The notes under the pieces were generated by a model, which saw nothing but the letters and a program-made list of their open reading frames with translations, did no database searches and was not told the DNA's origin. This document shows, one piece after another, positions 39,727 to 52,359 of a stretch of 64,000 bases of DNA (positions are counted from its first letter, which is position 1; each line of letters opens with the position of its first letter). The DNA is taken from contig ML978128.1 of the NCBI GenBank assembly GCA_010015805.1, positions 1,116,001 to 1,180,000 of the forward strand. Direction: 5' to 3'. This DNA is from Rhizodiscina lignyota (lineage: Eukaryota). Both the position numbers and the translations under genes were made by a program.

Positions 39727-41299
39727 TTATGCCCGCATTTCCGCTTCACCAGGTCGCAAGCTCCTGCCGGTCGTGGTTGCCGTCGCGGGTTGATCGAAAG
39801 TGAGGTACGTGTGATCGCCAAGTTTCCTGCGACGCAGCAGTTAGATCCGAGATCTACGTTCTTTGTCGCGCACGGTGCGATGGGGGCGTCATACCTTGGT
39901 TTGATGAGGTGCAGCACCGTGAAGAGCGCACCCAATACGATGCAAAGGCCACCGACCACGACGTACGCAATACCTAAGAATGGGTTCTTTCCGCCCATGA
40001 CAGTCCTTGTTGAAATAAGGACCGACTTTGTTCCGCCATACTCATTGACAGGGAAATCTGAGACATTTCAGTAAAGGAATTCTGAAACATTTGATGGGTC
40101 GGGAGCTTACTGTCTTCGATGGTGATCTCGTACCTGCCGGCCCGCATCGTCTCATTATCATTCCTCAGCGCCAGTTTGCTGAACCTTGGCAGCCCAGCGG
40201 TTCTCATCCAGACTTGAAACGCTTCCCAGGTGTGGAGGTCGGGGATTGGGTTGTTATCAGTGTAGTTCTTGGGGAATTTGGTTTTCCAGTTGGGAGGCGG
40301 CACCACTTCATCATTCGCGTATTTAGTCTTGCCGTACAAGTCCTTATCACTGCTCCATGCGATGCCCGTTGATGTCATGTTGTACGTTACGTTTTGTGCG
40401 TTGAGCAGTATAGGGTTGGTATAGGAATCGTTGAAAAGCGAGTTCGCGATCAGACCGCAGGGGTATATGGCCTTGCCATCGACCGTTTTGAGTGGGTCGC
40501 AATCGCTTCCATCGATCGTGGAGTTGCTTCTGAAGTCTCCCTTCAACTGGTTCTGATCAAAGCTCTTGACATATCGGCGATGGTTCTGGTAGAACTCCGT
40601 CAAGCGATAGTAGAGAAGAACTGGCGGCCCAATATCGTGCTGGATTTCGAACTGTATCTGGCACTGTGGGATGGGAGTGCGCTCGCCGTCGAACAACTGG
40701 ATAGTATTATTCCGCCTCCACTGTGCCGGTTGTGGTGCTCCAGAGTTGTTCGAAGATTTGAAATAGCTGCTGACTTTATTCGAGGGAATGTCTGCCCAGG
40801 TGTTGTTTGGCGCGTCGTTAAAGCAGTTTGAGTAGTCTATCGAAATCTCCTCAACCTACCGGACGTTGATGTATCAGCCACGTGTATCTCCATAACGGTG
40901 CAGTTTAAGTCCCACCTGTGAGCTTGCCCATAACAACAGGCCCCCGATAGGAGCAAAGATGACTCCAACGATGTATAAGAGTGGTAGGACAGTCTTCGGC
41001 GTGAGAATAGGTCTGTGGAAACACCAAGTATCAGCAACAAGTTCCGGCGCATGTTCAACCAGATGCTCCACTTACTGCCATGCCTTTAACCGCTGCTGCC
41101 TGAACGCAGTATCTACACATCCATAAGCCACAATGTATCTTATACCTCAGGCCCAACATTGTTTGCCTGGGCCTCTATCGAAAGACGACGTACTTGGTGG
41201 CCTCCTGCTCTTCGTCTTCTGCTCATGTTCCTGCTCGTTCGGGTCCTGGCGCTCTATCGAGCTCGCGCGGCCTGGGATTTCTAGGTCTGTCTGCGACAT
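39727..41299 (-). CDS. CDC50: CDC50/LEM3 family flippase beta-subunit; 6 exons
   Basis: Exons 41299-41194, 41112-41076, 41012-40916, 40855-40111, 40057-39895 and 39826-39727. Motifs: [74 protein letters not shown]. Confidence 0.93.
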
Positions 41300-42121
41300 C
41301 TTGAGTGTCGCCGGGGCATCCGGCTTGTGAAAAAGGGCGGGGTTGAGCTCTGTGGAAGTTGTGAGGTTCAACTGTTGTCAGCGCTGAGGTTGAAACGCAT
41401 CCGCGCTACTCACGTCTTGGGATCCGTCCCGGCCGTGCAGCCGCCATGGCTGCGCCACGCAGAGCGTCAGCAGTTATTCAGCGTCACAATTCACACTTAA
41501 TCACATTTCAAATCACATTTCAAAAATATTATTTCAATGAAGATTTGATTTATCAAGGAGATCAATCGTTCTATTGGGGGGTCATGCATGTGAACATGCA
41601 TGTGAACATGATGAAATTCAGGGCGTATTATCGCCATCCATCTCAGTGAATCATTCTGAGCCGTTTCCATGGTGCCATTGCCAATGATGCTACCAATGCC
41701 AATTCCGCCGTGCTGTGCTGTGCTGGGGGTATCGAGAGGAGTAGTACATAAAATAACAAAGGAAATCATCCGAGACGCAATGCCGTGTAACCATCAGAGT
41801 GTAAGTACAATAATGAAAATGTGCTGTTGCAGGGAAGCACCCGTCAGTGTCCCGCATAAACAAGCAATTTCCGAGACAACCTTATCCTGAGCTCCAATCC
41901 TGCGTTGACAAGTGTCGCTGTGCTTGGATATTGCCAAAAAGTAAAGGCAACCATCGATCTCGATGGGAGCCCGAAAAAGAAAGGCATGATGAACATCTCA
42001 TAACCATGCATATCAATCGTGAGTGAATGTCGTGAATGCAGCCGTTGCTGCCCGTTGAAGCCAGTCCCAATCTGTTGCAATGCCGCCGAAACCAATCTTA
42101 ACCTAGGGGACAAGTCCTGAT

Positions 42122-43264
42122 TTACAAGTATTGCTCGAAGTACTTCGGATTGAACCATCCGACTTTGTCAAACGCCGTCCACAGCTTGCTTGCCTTGTTG
42201 ACGTCAATCTTGCAGGCCTGCTGAGCATCGGTCTTTCGGAACTCTTTACCGATACGGAGCGCACTGAGGCGTGCCTGGAAGATTCGTCGCTTGCTGCAGA
42301 GGTACGTTGCACATGACAGTCTAAGCCGAGCGGCGCAGTAGAGTTCAGCCTCGTGGAGGAGATGACGATCCGGATCAGCTGACAAATCAATTGTTCCGAC
42401 TCTCCAGTCAACAGAAAGGCTCTTGTTATTGTTTGGTGGAAGAGAGCTGACGGGTGGAGAGTAGTCGGGAATAGCATGATAGTCAACGTCGTCGCGGCTT
42501 GTCGGTGCCTTGACAGGCTTCGGCGAGGGACTCTCGTAGAGGTCGAATGAGTCAGAGATAATGCTCTTCGGAGTATCGCGCGGTGCACGAGGGATGCGAA
42601 CTGGTCGAGGCGCCCTCGGAAGTCGTGGAAGGGCGATTGGCTTCTGCTTTCGAATCGTCGTGAATGGAGCAGGCGCCAGTTTCCTCAGAGGCTGACTCGA
42701 AGTGATTGTTCGCTTTGCCACTCGGTTCTTCGGACCATACCGGTCCAAGTGCTTCCTCTCTCTTGCCAGCCACGCCTTCGGGTCTTTGTTGTAGGCCTTC
42801 GCAACGCAAGATACGGCGAGGAGGTATTCATCGCGAGTTGGTCGAAGCGGAGCCGGACTAGTTCTCATGTGCTGCTGGATGACCTCGTCGAAGGTGTTGC
42901 TCTGCTCTTGAGGGAACAATGGGAAGTCCGAGCCAATTGTGCCATCCTGGCTGAAGAGCTGAGGATCCTGGACTGCTTCGTCGACATCCTCAATGTTCTC
43001 TTTCTGCTCGGAAGGCGACACAGGCGGCGAAGGAGGAAGAGGATCGGTTGGGTCGCGATGCAGCTTGGTGGCAGTCGATTGGGGCGTTGGAAGCTGTCGA
43101 CCCTGGGGGAAGGCGTCAGAGGCGAAGGAGGAGAGAGGCGTCAGCGCGTTTGCTGGATTAATTGGCGAGCTGAAGCTGTCCATTTTCTTCAATTCTGGTG
43201 GTGAGAGTAGAGAGGAAACTGAGAAAGACTTCATCGAAAGAGGGTTTTGAGAGGAAGATGCCAT
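42122..43264 (-). CDS. SWIRM-domain protein (Fun19/YOR338W-like)
   Basis: 380-aa ORF with C-terminal DPDRHLLHEAE...LRLSCATYLCSKRRIF...FRKTDAQQACKIDVNKASKLWTAFDKVGWF. Confidence 0.9.
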   Translation of the reverse strand: MASSSQNPLSMKSFSVSSLLSPPELKKMDSFSSPINPANALTPLSSFASDAFPQGRQLPTPQSTATKLHRDPTDPLPPSPPVSPSEQKENIEDVDEAVQDPQLFSQDGTIGSDFPLFPQEQSNTFDEVIQQHMRTSPAPLRPTRDEYLLAVSCVAKAYNKDPKAWLARERKHLDRYGPKNRVAKRTITSSQPLRKLAPAPFTTIRKQKPIALPRLPRAPRPVRIPRAPRDTPKSIISDSFDLYESPSPKPVKAPTSRDDVDYHAIPDYSPPVSSLPPNNNKSLSVDWRVGTIDLSADPDRHLLHEAELYCAARLRLSCATYLCSKRRIFQARLSALRIGKEFRKTDAQQACKIDVNKASKLWTAFDKVGWFNPKYFEQYL

Positions 43265-43542
43265 TGCTCGTTTGTAATGCGTATGCGCAGTCGCCCGTCG
43301 TGTGCTCTGGAAGCGCGTGGTATATTATGTCGTGCTGCGAAATGCGGATTGCCGGCGTTAAGCGGACGTCGGAAGCCGGTGGAAAGTCAGCGTATAAGGA
43401 TGAGTCGAAGGCTGACCGCTGTGGCGAGGCGTGTTATAACTAGGCTGCGGCGCGGTGCGTGTCTTCGAAGTTCCTTTTGGCTCTGTTGGTGCCTGGCGGC
43501 GTCGCTGTGAGGAGTCACAAATATCGGTGGAGTGGCCTGGTG

Positions 43543-46338
43543 CAATTGTCGATGTGGTACAATCGGTGCTGGCACCGTCGATCAACCCATGTGAAAGCGG
43601 CAGTCAATTGAGAAGCGGCACTCGTCAATTCGCCAGCGACGCTCAGCGTAAGGGTGGAAGAAGGCGGAAAGAGGACAGAAAGCTGGCACAAAGAACAAAG
43701 GGGCTGAGCTTATGTAGTATATGGGGGGTCAGGCTGTTCTTGTGTCGCAGTCAATAGGCAGGCAGCAGGACAAAGCCCATGACGCGAAGCCTCTGAAACA
43801 AAGGGCAGCCCGAACAAGAATAGAATCAGGGAACAGGATAAGGAAAGGCGGCGACAGCCCCAGGCCACGGCGGAGAGGGCGAATAGAGAGGAGGCATCGC
43901 GGCGCTTCGATGGCAGTCGTCGCCGCCTGACAAATGGACAGCTGGACTGCTGTTACACTCGCTCGCGCTGGAAGGGAGCGTGTGCGAATGGCCGCGCGCT
44001 TTGCCACCCCTGAATGGCGAGGGGAGGGCCCGTCTCCGTCGCCAGGATCAGGCAGGCTTACAGGGCACACCCCCTCGCATCTCACGCTGGCGCCGAGGGA
44101 GGAGAGTGTGTGTGTGATGTGCTCGAATGAGCGCGCGGTCGCAAAGGTCGAGATGGGATGGGCGAGTGCCGGAGTTGGATGGCTGCTAGCGTGTGGCGCC
44201 GAGTGCAACACCCTTCCCTGCCAGCCTTCCCCACTGCATGATCTCGCCTTGCGCGATGCTCCCTTCAATTGACCCCTTCAATTGACCTCTGCCCATTGCT
44301 CAATTGATGCTGCTGTGTCGCATACCCTCCTCTCCGCGCTCAATCACCCGCCAGCTCGCCGGTGCCAGCGCAATTGGCCTGCTGCGCCCGACGCCGTCGA
44401 CACACCGTGTCCCGACACGTGGCTGCCAGCTTAGCTGGAGTCACCGGTACCCAACTGCCTGCCTGTAGCGAGGCTGCGCTCGCTGGTACCTCTGCCATCC
44501 ACCGCCAGAAGCGCGGCCTTCTGTTTGCTGCCTCGCAATCAGCCGACCAAGACATCGCGGTGAGCGGTCATGCACTTAGCCATCCCATCTCCGCAACCGC
44601 GAGACAAGGTTGCCTCACACGACGCTGCTGCACACCCGCTCACAAGGCTGAAGTCATGCGCAGTCATCAATTGGACTGTTCGCAATCCTTCATACAACAC
44701 CACTCGCGGACGAATTCTGGGGCTCCCCATTGATCCACGCGGACAGTATCTGATCCGCGTCGTAGTCATCCTTGCAGCACTCCGATTAGGTATTGCGGCG
44801 TTAAGTAAACCCTCCGAGCTCCATGCCACTACCATCTGCCTGGCGCATCCGGCAGGCCACCGTTTGCAGGCGGTCTTATACGAGCCTGTTCTATGCGCTC
44901 TCGAATCGAGTAGGTAGGCTGCCAAAAGGGGCTGCTTCCAATTGCTCCAATCGCGGCGCGCCCGCTGGATGTTTGACACGTCTCACCACCTCCCAATGGC
45001 GTCATGCCACTCCTCCAATTCCGCCTTTTGCTGGGACCAACTGGCAGCTAGCCTGCGGCTGGCTCCCCACGCGCGAGCTAACGGATACAATAAAACGCAT
45101 GTGAACCTAACAGCATGGAGCCAAGTGTCCATCTGACAATAGCACCCAAGCGAACGAACAGCATAATCAATCGCGCACCACCGCTCCCGAGTCAGTCTGG
45201 GTCGGTCTGACAAGTGCAACACCTGCCAGGTCCCATTCCCCCGAACGAGCAGCTCGAGCGAGGCACGAGACCCTGTGGTGGTGTGCAGTTTCCGCCGATC
45301 GTGCCTAAACGCCCCCATTCCGCGGCGGACGTCTAGTCGCGATACGAGCGCCCGTCCGGCTACCGAGAGACGTGATTGTGTGGGGTGTTCCGGTGACTGA
45401 TAGCGTTATCGGGGCGTGAGCCTTTAGTGATCACCACGACCCAGATGCCGCCGTTTGCACGCTCAATTGGGCTTCAATGGCATGATCTGGTCGCTGAGGC
45501 ATGTGCAATTGACCCTCCTCCCCTTGTGCCTCCATGCCAATTGAAGGTGCGAGTGCAGGATCTAGGTGCTGATTTGCCGTATTGCTTGCATTTGCGTGGC
45601 GCTGTGCCCGAGATCATCCCGCATGATTGGCGCCAGCCCTCCTGCGTTTTGACAGTGTGGAGGCGGGCCTGGCGGCGGCACGAACCCTGAGCCAATTTGC
45701 ACCTTGCGCAACGGCGACCCGTTCCTGGGTACCCCATCGGACGCGGCGCGGCGAACAGACCACTGTCCCGCAACGGCAATGCGATTCACCTGGAGATCTG
45801 GGATATATGCTCGCCGTCTCGGCCGCTGCACAATTATTTGCATGCGCTGCTAAAAGCTGAGCTGCACCTTTGCGCCCTCTAGACGCTGCCGGCATGAATG
45901 TGTAATCACGCGAAATGATCAGCCGAGCCCTAGGCGTGAGAGCCAGAGTAAGCCGGCCAGGTGGTGATATCCGCCAGGTTGGTGTTTCAATGCCGCGGCA
46001 ATCGAGATAGGGGGAGGCTGAAGAGCCTCATCGTAAGACGGGAAAAAGGTAGTTCATGTCGCTATGCAGGAGGGCAATGCTATTTCACTGCTGTGACGGA
46101 AAATTGGACACGACATACGACGTGCTTGGTTTGCTCTTTCTGCGGGACGTTTCAGAGTGTGAGTTCTCGTACGACCATGAATCGTTTAATTGTGATTAGT
46201 CTATGAGAGAACTAATCTCAATGCTTCCGGATGTTTGCCAGCAGAGCCAGGCTCAAAGACTTCCGCTCTGACCGTTGGTGCGAATTCATATCGAATGTTA
46301 CACTTACCTAACTTCTCTGCGCGAAGCAAGAGCAATTG
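43543..46338. promoter_or_regulatory. Cluster of CAATTG palindromes in the long upstream region of the SWIRM gene
   Basis: CAATTG at 43543, 43605, 44266, 44279, 44301, 44371, 44668, 44939, 45464, 45506, 45538 and 46333. A regulatory role is inferred. Confidence 0.5.
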
Positions 46339-47084
46339 AGGCTATTTAATCTTAGCTTTCAGTCATCAACTCTGATAGGTGGACACGCTAATAGTGTAGG
46401 TATTGACAAGCTGTACAATGTAGGTGGGTTGATCCGTTTGAGTGGATGCTATTCGACATCAAACCGGCTGGGATCGACGGATATGCTCCCTTCGGAGCTG
46501 AGGCGCGCTGCACGTAATCGCCCACAAGTCATCTTCAACTATTTCCTATCAATTCATTAGACTTTCCACTTTTGTACAATCAGTTGTTCAGTCTTAGTCC
46601 GTTCGAAGGGCACATTACAAATGCGGGCTAGTTAACCTCCCGTCCACCTAAGCTCACGGAAGGGTGAGGCTGTGACGGATGACGGCGGATGGGGTGCCCA
46701 TGAACTCTGAAGTCATTAGGAAGAGCATTATATGATATGAATGCTATATGCCGCATCTCGTTCGTGTCTTCGTTCGAATTTCCAATCAAGCCGAAGGAAC
46801 TTCCCATGTGTCCCCGCAATGAATAGGATTCCGAGTCATCTGGCTCGCCAATCCGTCTCTTAGTCCGTCCCAACTCTTACACTGTCTGACTCTATACGCG
46901 TGCCCGCAAGCCTTTCCCGTAAACGCAATCCGATCTAAATACGAGCATTGTACAATCTCGCCGACTCCGTGACTGCTCAAAAGCCTCCGAACCATCTCCG
47001 AACCCGCTTGCACAGCCTCATACGGGAGGCAGGTGGAAAGAAGTTCAAACGATGGTAAGTCCAAACTCAACTCTCATTGAGAGG

Positions 47085-48686
47085 TCATTCAGCGGGCGGC
47101 GCCACGTGAATCTGCCAATACTTTGTAATGTCCTTCCCCATACTCTCCTTTCTATCCTCAGTTCTGTTATCTCGACCATATTCGGGATGTGTAATCTCCT
47201 CCGCGAGAATACCCTTGCGCTCTCCTGTTTTCAGATATTCGAAGAATTCGCTCGTGACTTTGACGTACTCTCTCAAGCCTTCATACACGTTGATACTGGC
47301 TCCAGTGGTCCAGCTGAGCAGCAATGGCTCGATCAAAGGTGCGTCTGTGACGCTGGGATGGCTCGTCTTCAGACTGGTTACGAACCAGCCTGCTCCGACA
47401 CGATCGAGCACACTGTCGACGAGATCTCTGACCGTATCAAAATGTGGACGTCCCTCGAAGAGAGAGTACTTGGCCGACCAAGAATCCGAGTGAACCACAA
47501 GCAGTGGGACGTCTACTTTATGGTTCAATGGCCCACTGCTCTTCCCTGGATCAAGGGCTACGCCTCCAATAGCCGGAATACTCGTTGAATTCGGGCCAGC
47601 CTTGAGAGCTTGTAGCGCACCAGTAGCTCCGTACGAATGACCACCGATAATCAGGTGATTCAGGTCGATACGATCACCCCAATTATGCAGACAATGGCCT
47701 TCTTTTCGGAGATTATGTTTGTAAACATCTGGCCCTTCTCCTGCATTGATCCTGCGAAGGACAGCAATTGTCTCCTCGATCTCCGCCTCTCGGAATGCAA
47801 GCTGTTCCTTTTTGAGCTGTGGCTCATCCATTGGCGGGTCTGATCTGAGATGACTCTCTCCAAAATGGAAGATTTTGCGTTCTTTCTTCTGCTTGGACAG
47901 GATATTCGTCGCCGGGCCGCTTCCATCGCGGTGTTCGAGAGCAGCGACAATGTAGCCTCTGCTCGCTAGTTCGCCGCAGTAATTGGAGTAATCTGTCCTC
48001 GATGCTACGGTTCCATGCGAAAACACCATGACCGGATATGCATCATGGTTCTTCTCGTCATCTGTCCCCAGAATAGGCACGTCGACTTTGGCGGGAATCT
48101 CAATGCCGCCAACAACTACCCAAAGTCCAAATGTAAAGATCCCTCGAGTAATGAAGTTGTTCATATGGATAGCTTGGGCATATCCCTCTGCTCTAAGGGC
48201 GATCGGTTTCGGCACCCACGTGTGCCTCTTGTGTGCCTTCGCGCCTTTGATTGCCGGGTAGTAGAGGGAGAAAAGTACAGTCTCCACTTGAAAAGCCGGG
48301 CCGGTTCCATCTTTGAATTGGGTATTGCTAATCAGTCTAGGCTGTTTCAATGGTATTTCGAGGTCGATGGTGCCTACTTCATGCTGCCCAGTGTATGCGG
48401 GAAGTTTTGAAGCGAACAATGGAGAGCCGCGAATGAAGCAGTAAGAGATGTAAATAACAACGGTGGAAACCAGGAGATATCTCCAGCTCAACCGTGGCCG
48501 CAAAATGATCGCGGCGTCGTGTAACAGTGAGTGCCAGCGAGTTGTCCTATGCAGGATCCATCTTGGCTGTTTGACATGATGCTCCATTGCGGGCACGGGA
48601 GGAGGCAGAGGGGAATCCGGATCGTCTAATTCCTCGTCGATAATGTCCAGCTCAAACTCGTCTTTGTAATGTCCTTGTGAATCCAT
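47085..48686 (-). CDS. PAF-acetylhydrolase isoform II-like alpha/beta hydrolase with N-terminal TM helix
   Basis: First ATG at 48686. LPAYTGQHEVGTIDLE, PVMVFSHG...ELASRGYIVAALEHRDGS, nucleophile motif GHSYG, ALDP. Confidence 0.88.
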   Translation of the reverse strand: MDSQGHYKDEFELDIIDEELDDPDSPLPPPVPAMEHHVKQPRWILHRTTRWHSLLHDAAIILRPRLSWRYLLVSTVVIYISYCFIRGSPLFASKLPAYTGQHEVGTIDLEIPLKQPRLISNTQFKDGTGPAFQVETVLFSLYYPAIKGAKAHKRHTWVPKPIALRAEGYAQAIHMNNFITRGIFTFGLWVVVGGIEIPAKVDVPILGTDDEKNHDAYPVMVFSHGTVASRTDYSNYCGELASRGYIVAALEHRDGSGPATNILSKQKKERKIFHFGESHLRSDPPMDEPQLKKEQLAFREAEIEETIAVLRRINAGEGPDVYKHNLRKEGHCLHNWGDRIDLNHLIIGGHSYGATGALQALKAGPNSTSIPAIGGVALDPGKSSGPLNHKVDVPLLVVHSDSWSAKYSLFEGRPHFDTVRDLVDSVLDRVGAGWFVTSLKTSHPSVTDAPLIEPLLLSWTTGASINVYEGLREYVKVTSEFFEYLKTGERKGILAEEITHPEYGRDNRTEDRKESMGKDITKYWQIHVAPPAE

Positions 48687-49461
48687 GACGGAAGGTAGAC
48701 GTAAGCCGGAGAACACTAGTTAATACATAGGGCTGAAGGAAGGATTATGGGTTGAAGTTGAAGGTGTGGCGCTTATCGTGACGTTAAGGACGCGCAAGTG
48801 GAAGTCGAAGTGGCGATCGGTGTTAAGCTGCCAAGGCAATTTAGGCTTAATTGATATACGCGTTCATCTTAACTCCTTTCTCAAGTACATATCAATGATC
48901 CAAAAGACCGCAATTTTCGTCCGCCGGAGAAACTCAAGAAGATTTTCTGCACTACAAATTCGTCGTCTGAAGTGAGATCATGATCAGCTCAAGGAACTGA
49001 CTTAGTGAACGCCGCCGATCAATCTCTGAAGACGCTCACTCTGTTTCTGGTAAATATATTCCATTTACCAAATTGATTAAAACTTTTGGGTCACAGAGTC
49101 TGAGCATTCCTCTCCTATTTTCGAACTGTGGCACATGGTGGCAGGACAGTGCATTCGCTAAAGTTCCCACAATAAGAAATGGATGCAGAAGTCTGCTCGC
49201 GGCTGCAACGTATTGGTCCACGAATATGAAGTATTTATGTTACAATGGAGCCAAGTATAAGAGGCACCTCTCATACTTAAACCGGCTTCCATGCATGCGT
49301 TCAGACAATGGAGGAGGCTTGCAACGTAGTGTTGTGGTCAGATCGAAAGGCTGAGAGACGCAGTGTTTCGTCAACATTGAAGACTGCCGGGACACTCATT
49401 TTTTTTGTGTTGAAGTAAATGTGTGCATCCAGCAAATCAACCTTGTCTCTATATCAAGAGT

Positions 49462-50139
49462 TCACACCAATGCCATCTCTTCTTTCCACCACTGACGGAA
49501 GATCCTCAGCCGCTCAGTCCTCTCCTTGGCCAGGCGTCTGCCAGTCTCAGTTTTCATCATACCCTCTAGTATTTCCAACTTGTCTACAAAATGTTCGATG
49601 CAGCCGCAAAGTCCTCTTTGAGGCATCCTCGCGGCCCCGAACGCGAAGACCCTACCAATGCCAACGGCACCTATCGCATCCAAACGATCGGCATCTTGCA
49701 CGATTGCGAGTTCCGGATTCCGTCGCAATGCCGCCTCTGCTTGCTCTGGATTAGAGATCTCCTTAGAGAATGAGACGTATTCAACTACATCGTTTACATC
49801 TTCTGCGAAATCACTGGACCAGCCATGCCTTACTAGGAGGTCGTGAAGTCCCTTCTTCTCCGGGCTGAGGTCTGGATTGTATTTCTTGTCAAACACATCG
49901 TGGGTGAGAGCAGCAACATGGATAAGGCTCGAATTGTATTGTTGTTCGGTGCGGGATTGCTCTTCCTTCAGTATGTATTGGGAGAGACTGATGACTCGAT
50001 GGATGTGTGTCGCGTCGTGAGATGGGTCGTTCTTCGACATAACTTCGTGGACATCCCGCCTCAAGTTTTCTAAGTCGGGTAGCTCCTCTTTTGCTATAGT
50101 CGTGGGAATTTCTATGTTCGGATTCACGATAATGGTCAT
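49462..50139 (-). CDS. HD-domain phosphohydrolase (YedJ-like)
   Basis: DPSHDATHIHRV, AALTHDVFDKKY, IVQDADRLDAIGAVGIGRVFAFG, MKTETGRRLAKERT. Confidence 0.9.
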   Translation of the reverse strand: MTIIVNPNIEIPTTIAKEELPDLENLRRDVHEVMSKNDPSHDATHIHRVISLSQYILKEEQSRTEQQYNSSLIHVAALTHDVFDKKYNPDLSPEKKGLHDLLVRHGWSSDFAEDVNDVVEYVSFSKEISNPEQAEAALRRNPELAIVQDADRLDAIGAVGIGRVFAFGAARMPQRGLCGCIEHFVDKLEILEGMMKTETGRRLAKERTERLRIFRQWWKEEMALV

Positions 50140-50837
50140 TTCGAAGAGGTGTATGGGATTGATCGACTGGTGTTGAGGGCGATCTCAGTAGTCTCGATGT
50201 TGATAAGAAAGTGAGCTCGATAAAGTCGAACAAGTCCACTATCAACGAGTCTTTCTCTTTAAAAATAAGCAAGACGGTCTCTGAAAGGTTTGACTTGATA
50301 TGATTCAGGGTGTATTTATGAAGGAGGCACAGTTTAACTGAATAATCGACATAGGAGAAGAGGGATCAGCATTGTAGTAGTTTAACATATCGTCTATGGC
50401 TCAACAGTTTAAAGGCCGTGAGACTTTTGAAAGCAGGGCTATTCGCTCTAACTGTTGAGGGTCCAGATGTATGTCAACAGTCAATAGAAAGGATCCTCAG
50501 GTGTCTTCATCTGAAAAGGTGGAGTTTGATAAGATGTGAAGTCTGATTGCGAGATGAACACATACACGAGAAATCAAAGTATAGCTAATGAGTCCAGATG
50601 CGAGTTCTTTGGGCCTCTCGAACGCGTAGCGGCAGGTGAAGGAGATGTGAGCACACGATCACGCCGCCGAAATTGGAAGGCCAGCGCCAAGCCCTCGGCA
50701 AGTGGTGCGGTTGGAGCGAAGACGCGGGCGCGACTGAAGTCATCCAAGGCGCTCCCTTTTGGGATCGACTTGAGAGCTTCGACCTTCCAACCTCCACGAC
50801 AACCAACCCGCTGGGAAAGAGTGCGCTGCGGCTCGAG

Positions 50838-52178
50838 ATGTCGTCGCTGTACAAACAGGTCTCCAAGAGCGTGCCAGAAGCGTTATCGCTGCCACCAAAA
50901 TGGATGGACATGTACGGCGACTTCATTATCAAGAACGCGAGCGCGGTCTCGCAGATTGAGTCGGCGCTGCGGAGCTTGACGTATATCATTCCTGGTAGGT
51001 CGCGCTAGCTGAGCAAACTGCTATGAAGCATACTAATTGTCTTACAGGGCGATTCAGAGACGCAGAGATAGCTTCCGAGTGTGGTACGGCGCTCCACGCC
51101 ATCTTCCGATGTACACCGTATGGTACATGGTATACTGACTGATCGATATAGTCCATAGCGGTGTTCAACTACTATCCCTTTACCATGATTCCCTCCTTGC
51201 GCGCGCCGTCGCCGCCCTTCCCGTTACTCGAAGACCTCATCCGACTCCTCACAACCGCTACACCCGATTCTGGACACAAAAGTCGCCGACCTATCGGAGA
51301 CTGGCTCTGATGCTCCAGATGATCCAGTATACCGAACTACTCTGGGAGATGGCAGCAAAGCGCAAGGGCGAGAAGATGCGATGGAGGGTTGTCGTACTGC
51401 TCGAAGTCATCAAGTCCATTTGCCGGCTGCTGCTCCTCAGATTAACAAATTCGCGGCCACTACTATCACCCCCGCTCCCACAGCGCGAAGTCGACCCAAG
51501 CACTTTGGAGGAGTCTTCAAACTCGTCCTCAGTATCCTTGGATGGAGAGCCCGTCATCGAGACACCCCCAAGCGAAAGGTCAGACGATGCACATTGGACG
51601 ATGCCCCGGACAGGCCTCTCAATGCCTAGCCTGCCAGATTCATCAGACATATCGAGCTATCTGCTCTCGAAGGTCCTCACGGCTGATGACATTAAGCCTC
51701 CAAAGGCGCTACTGCATAGAGTGACAGGCAAAGGCGAGCTGGCTGAGATCATGTACATTCTGCGGCCGGTCATCTATGCCATTGCGATGCAGCACTGGAG
51801 TGGGGACAAGAAAAGCTGGAGGCCTTGGCTGTTGGGCTTAAGCATCGAGTATGGAGCGCGACAATTAGCAAAGACAGACTTCCAGGAGAGGCTAGCAGGA
51901 GGCCTGAGAGGGCTGACACAATTAGAAAGGGAAGAACTCAGGAAGCGAGGCTGGGCATTGGGCTGGTGGGCAATGAGAGGGGCGTTTTATGAAAATATCA
52001 CGAAGTAAGTGCAGTCCTCGATGAGGACGTAATTCTGGCTAACAGTAACCGCAGAGCTTGGATACACTCATTCACGCGAAAGTTGAAAGGCAAGCCACTT
52101 CTGGATCTTGTTGCTGGTGTCATCGAGGACTACGAATTTCTTTGGGACGAATACTACTTTCCTACTGCGACACTGTAA
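50838..52178 (+). CDS. PEX16: Peroxisomal membrane biogenesis factor Pex16; 4 exons
   Basis: Exons 50838-50994, 51048-51083, 51152-52004 and 52055-52178. Motifs: KNASAVSQIESALRSLTYIIPGRFRDAEIASE, YTELLWEMAAKR...RWRVVVLLEVIK, MRGAFYENIT, DYEFLWDEYYFPTATL. Confidence 0.93.
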
Positions 52179-52359
52179 AACAAATGCTGGGGCTTACAGG
52201 CCACCCTTTGATACCGGTTCTAAGAAGGCCTGCTATCTTAATTCAAGACATATTCCGAACGCTTTCCACAACCTTCGCTACCATCTGGGGTATCGAAATT
52301 GCTGTCCTCGCTTCTACGTGACTGTGAGTCATTACTGGCGATTCCACCTCATGCTGATT

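Noticed and set aside
41499..41612. Short direct duplications (aatcacatttca x2; catgtgaacatg x2)
   Set aside because: Two-copy slippage duplications with no further structure.
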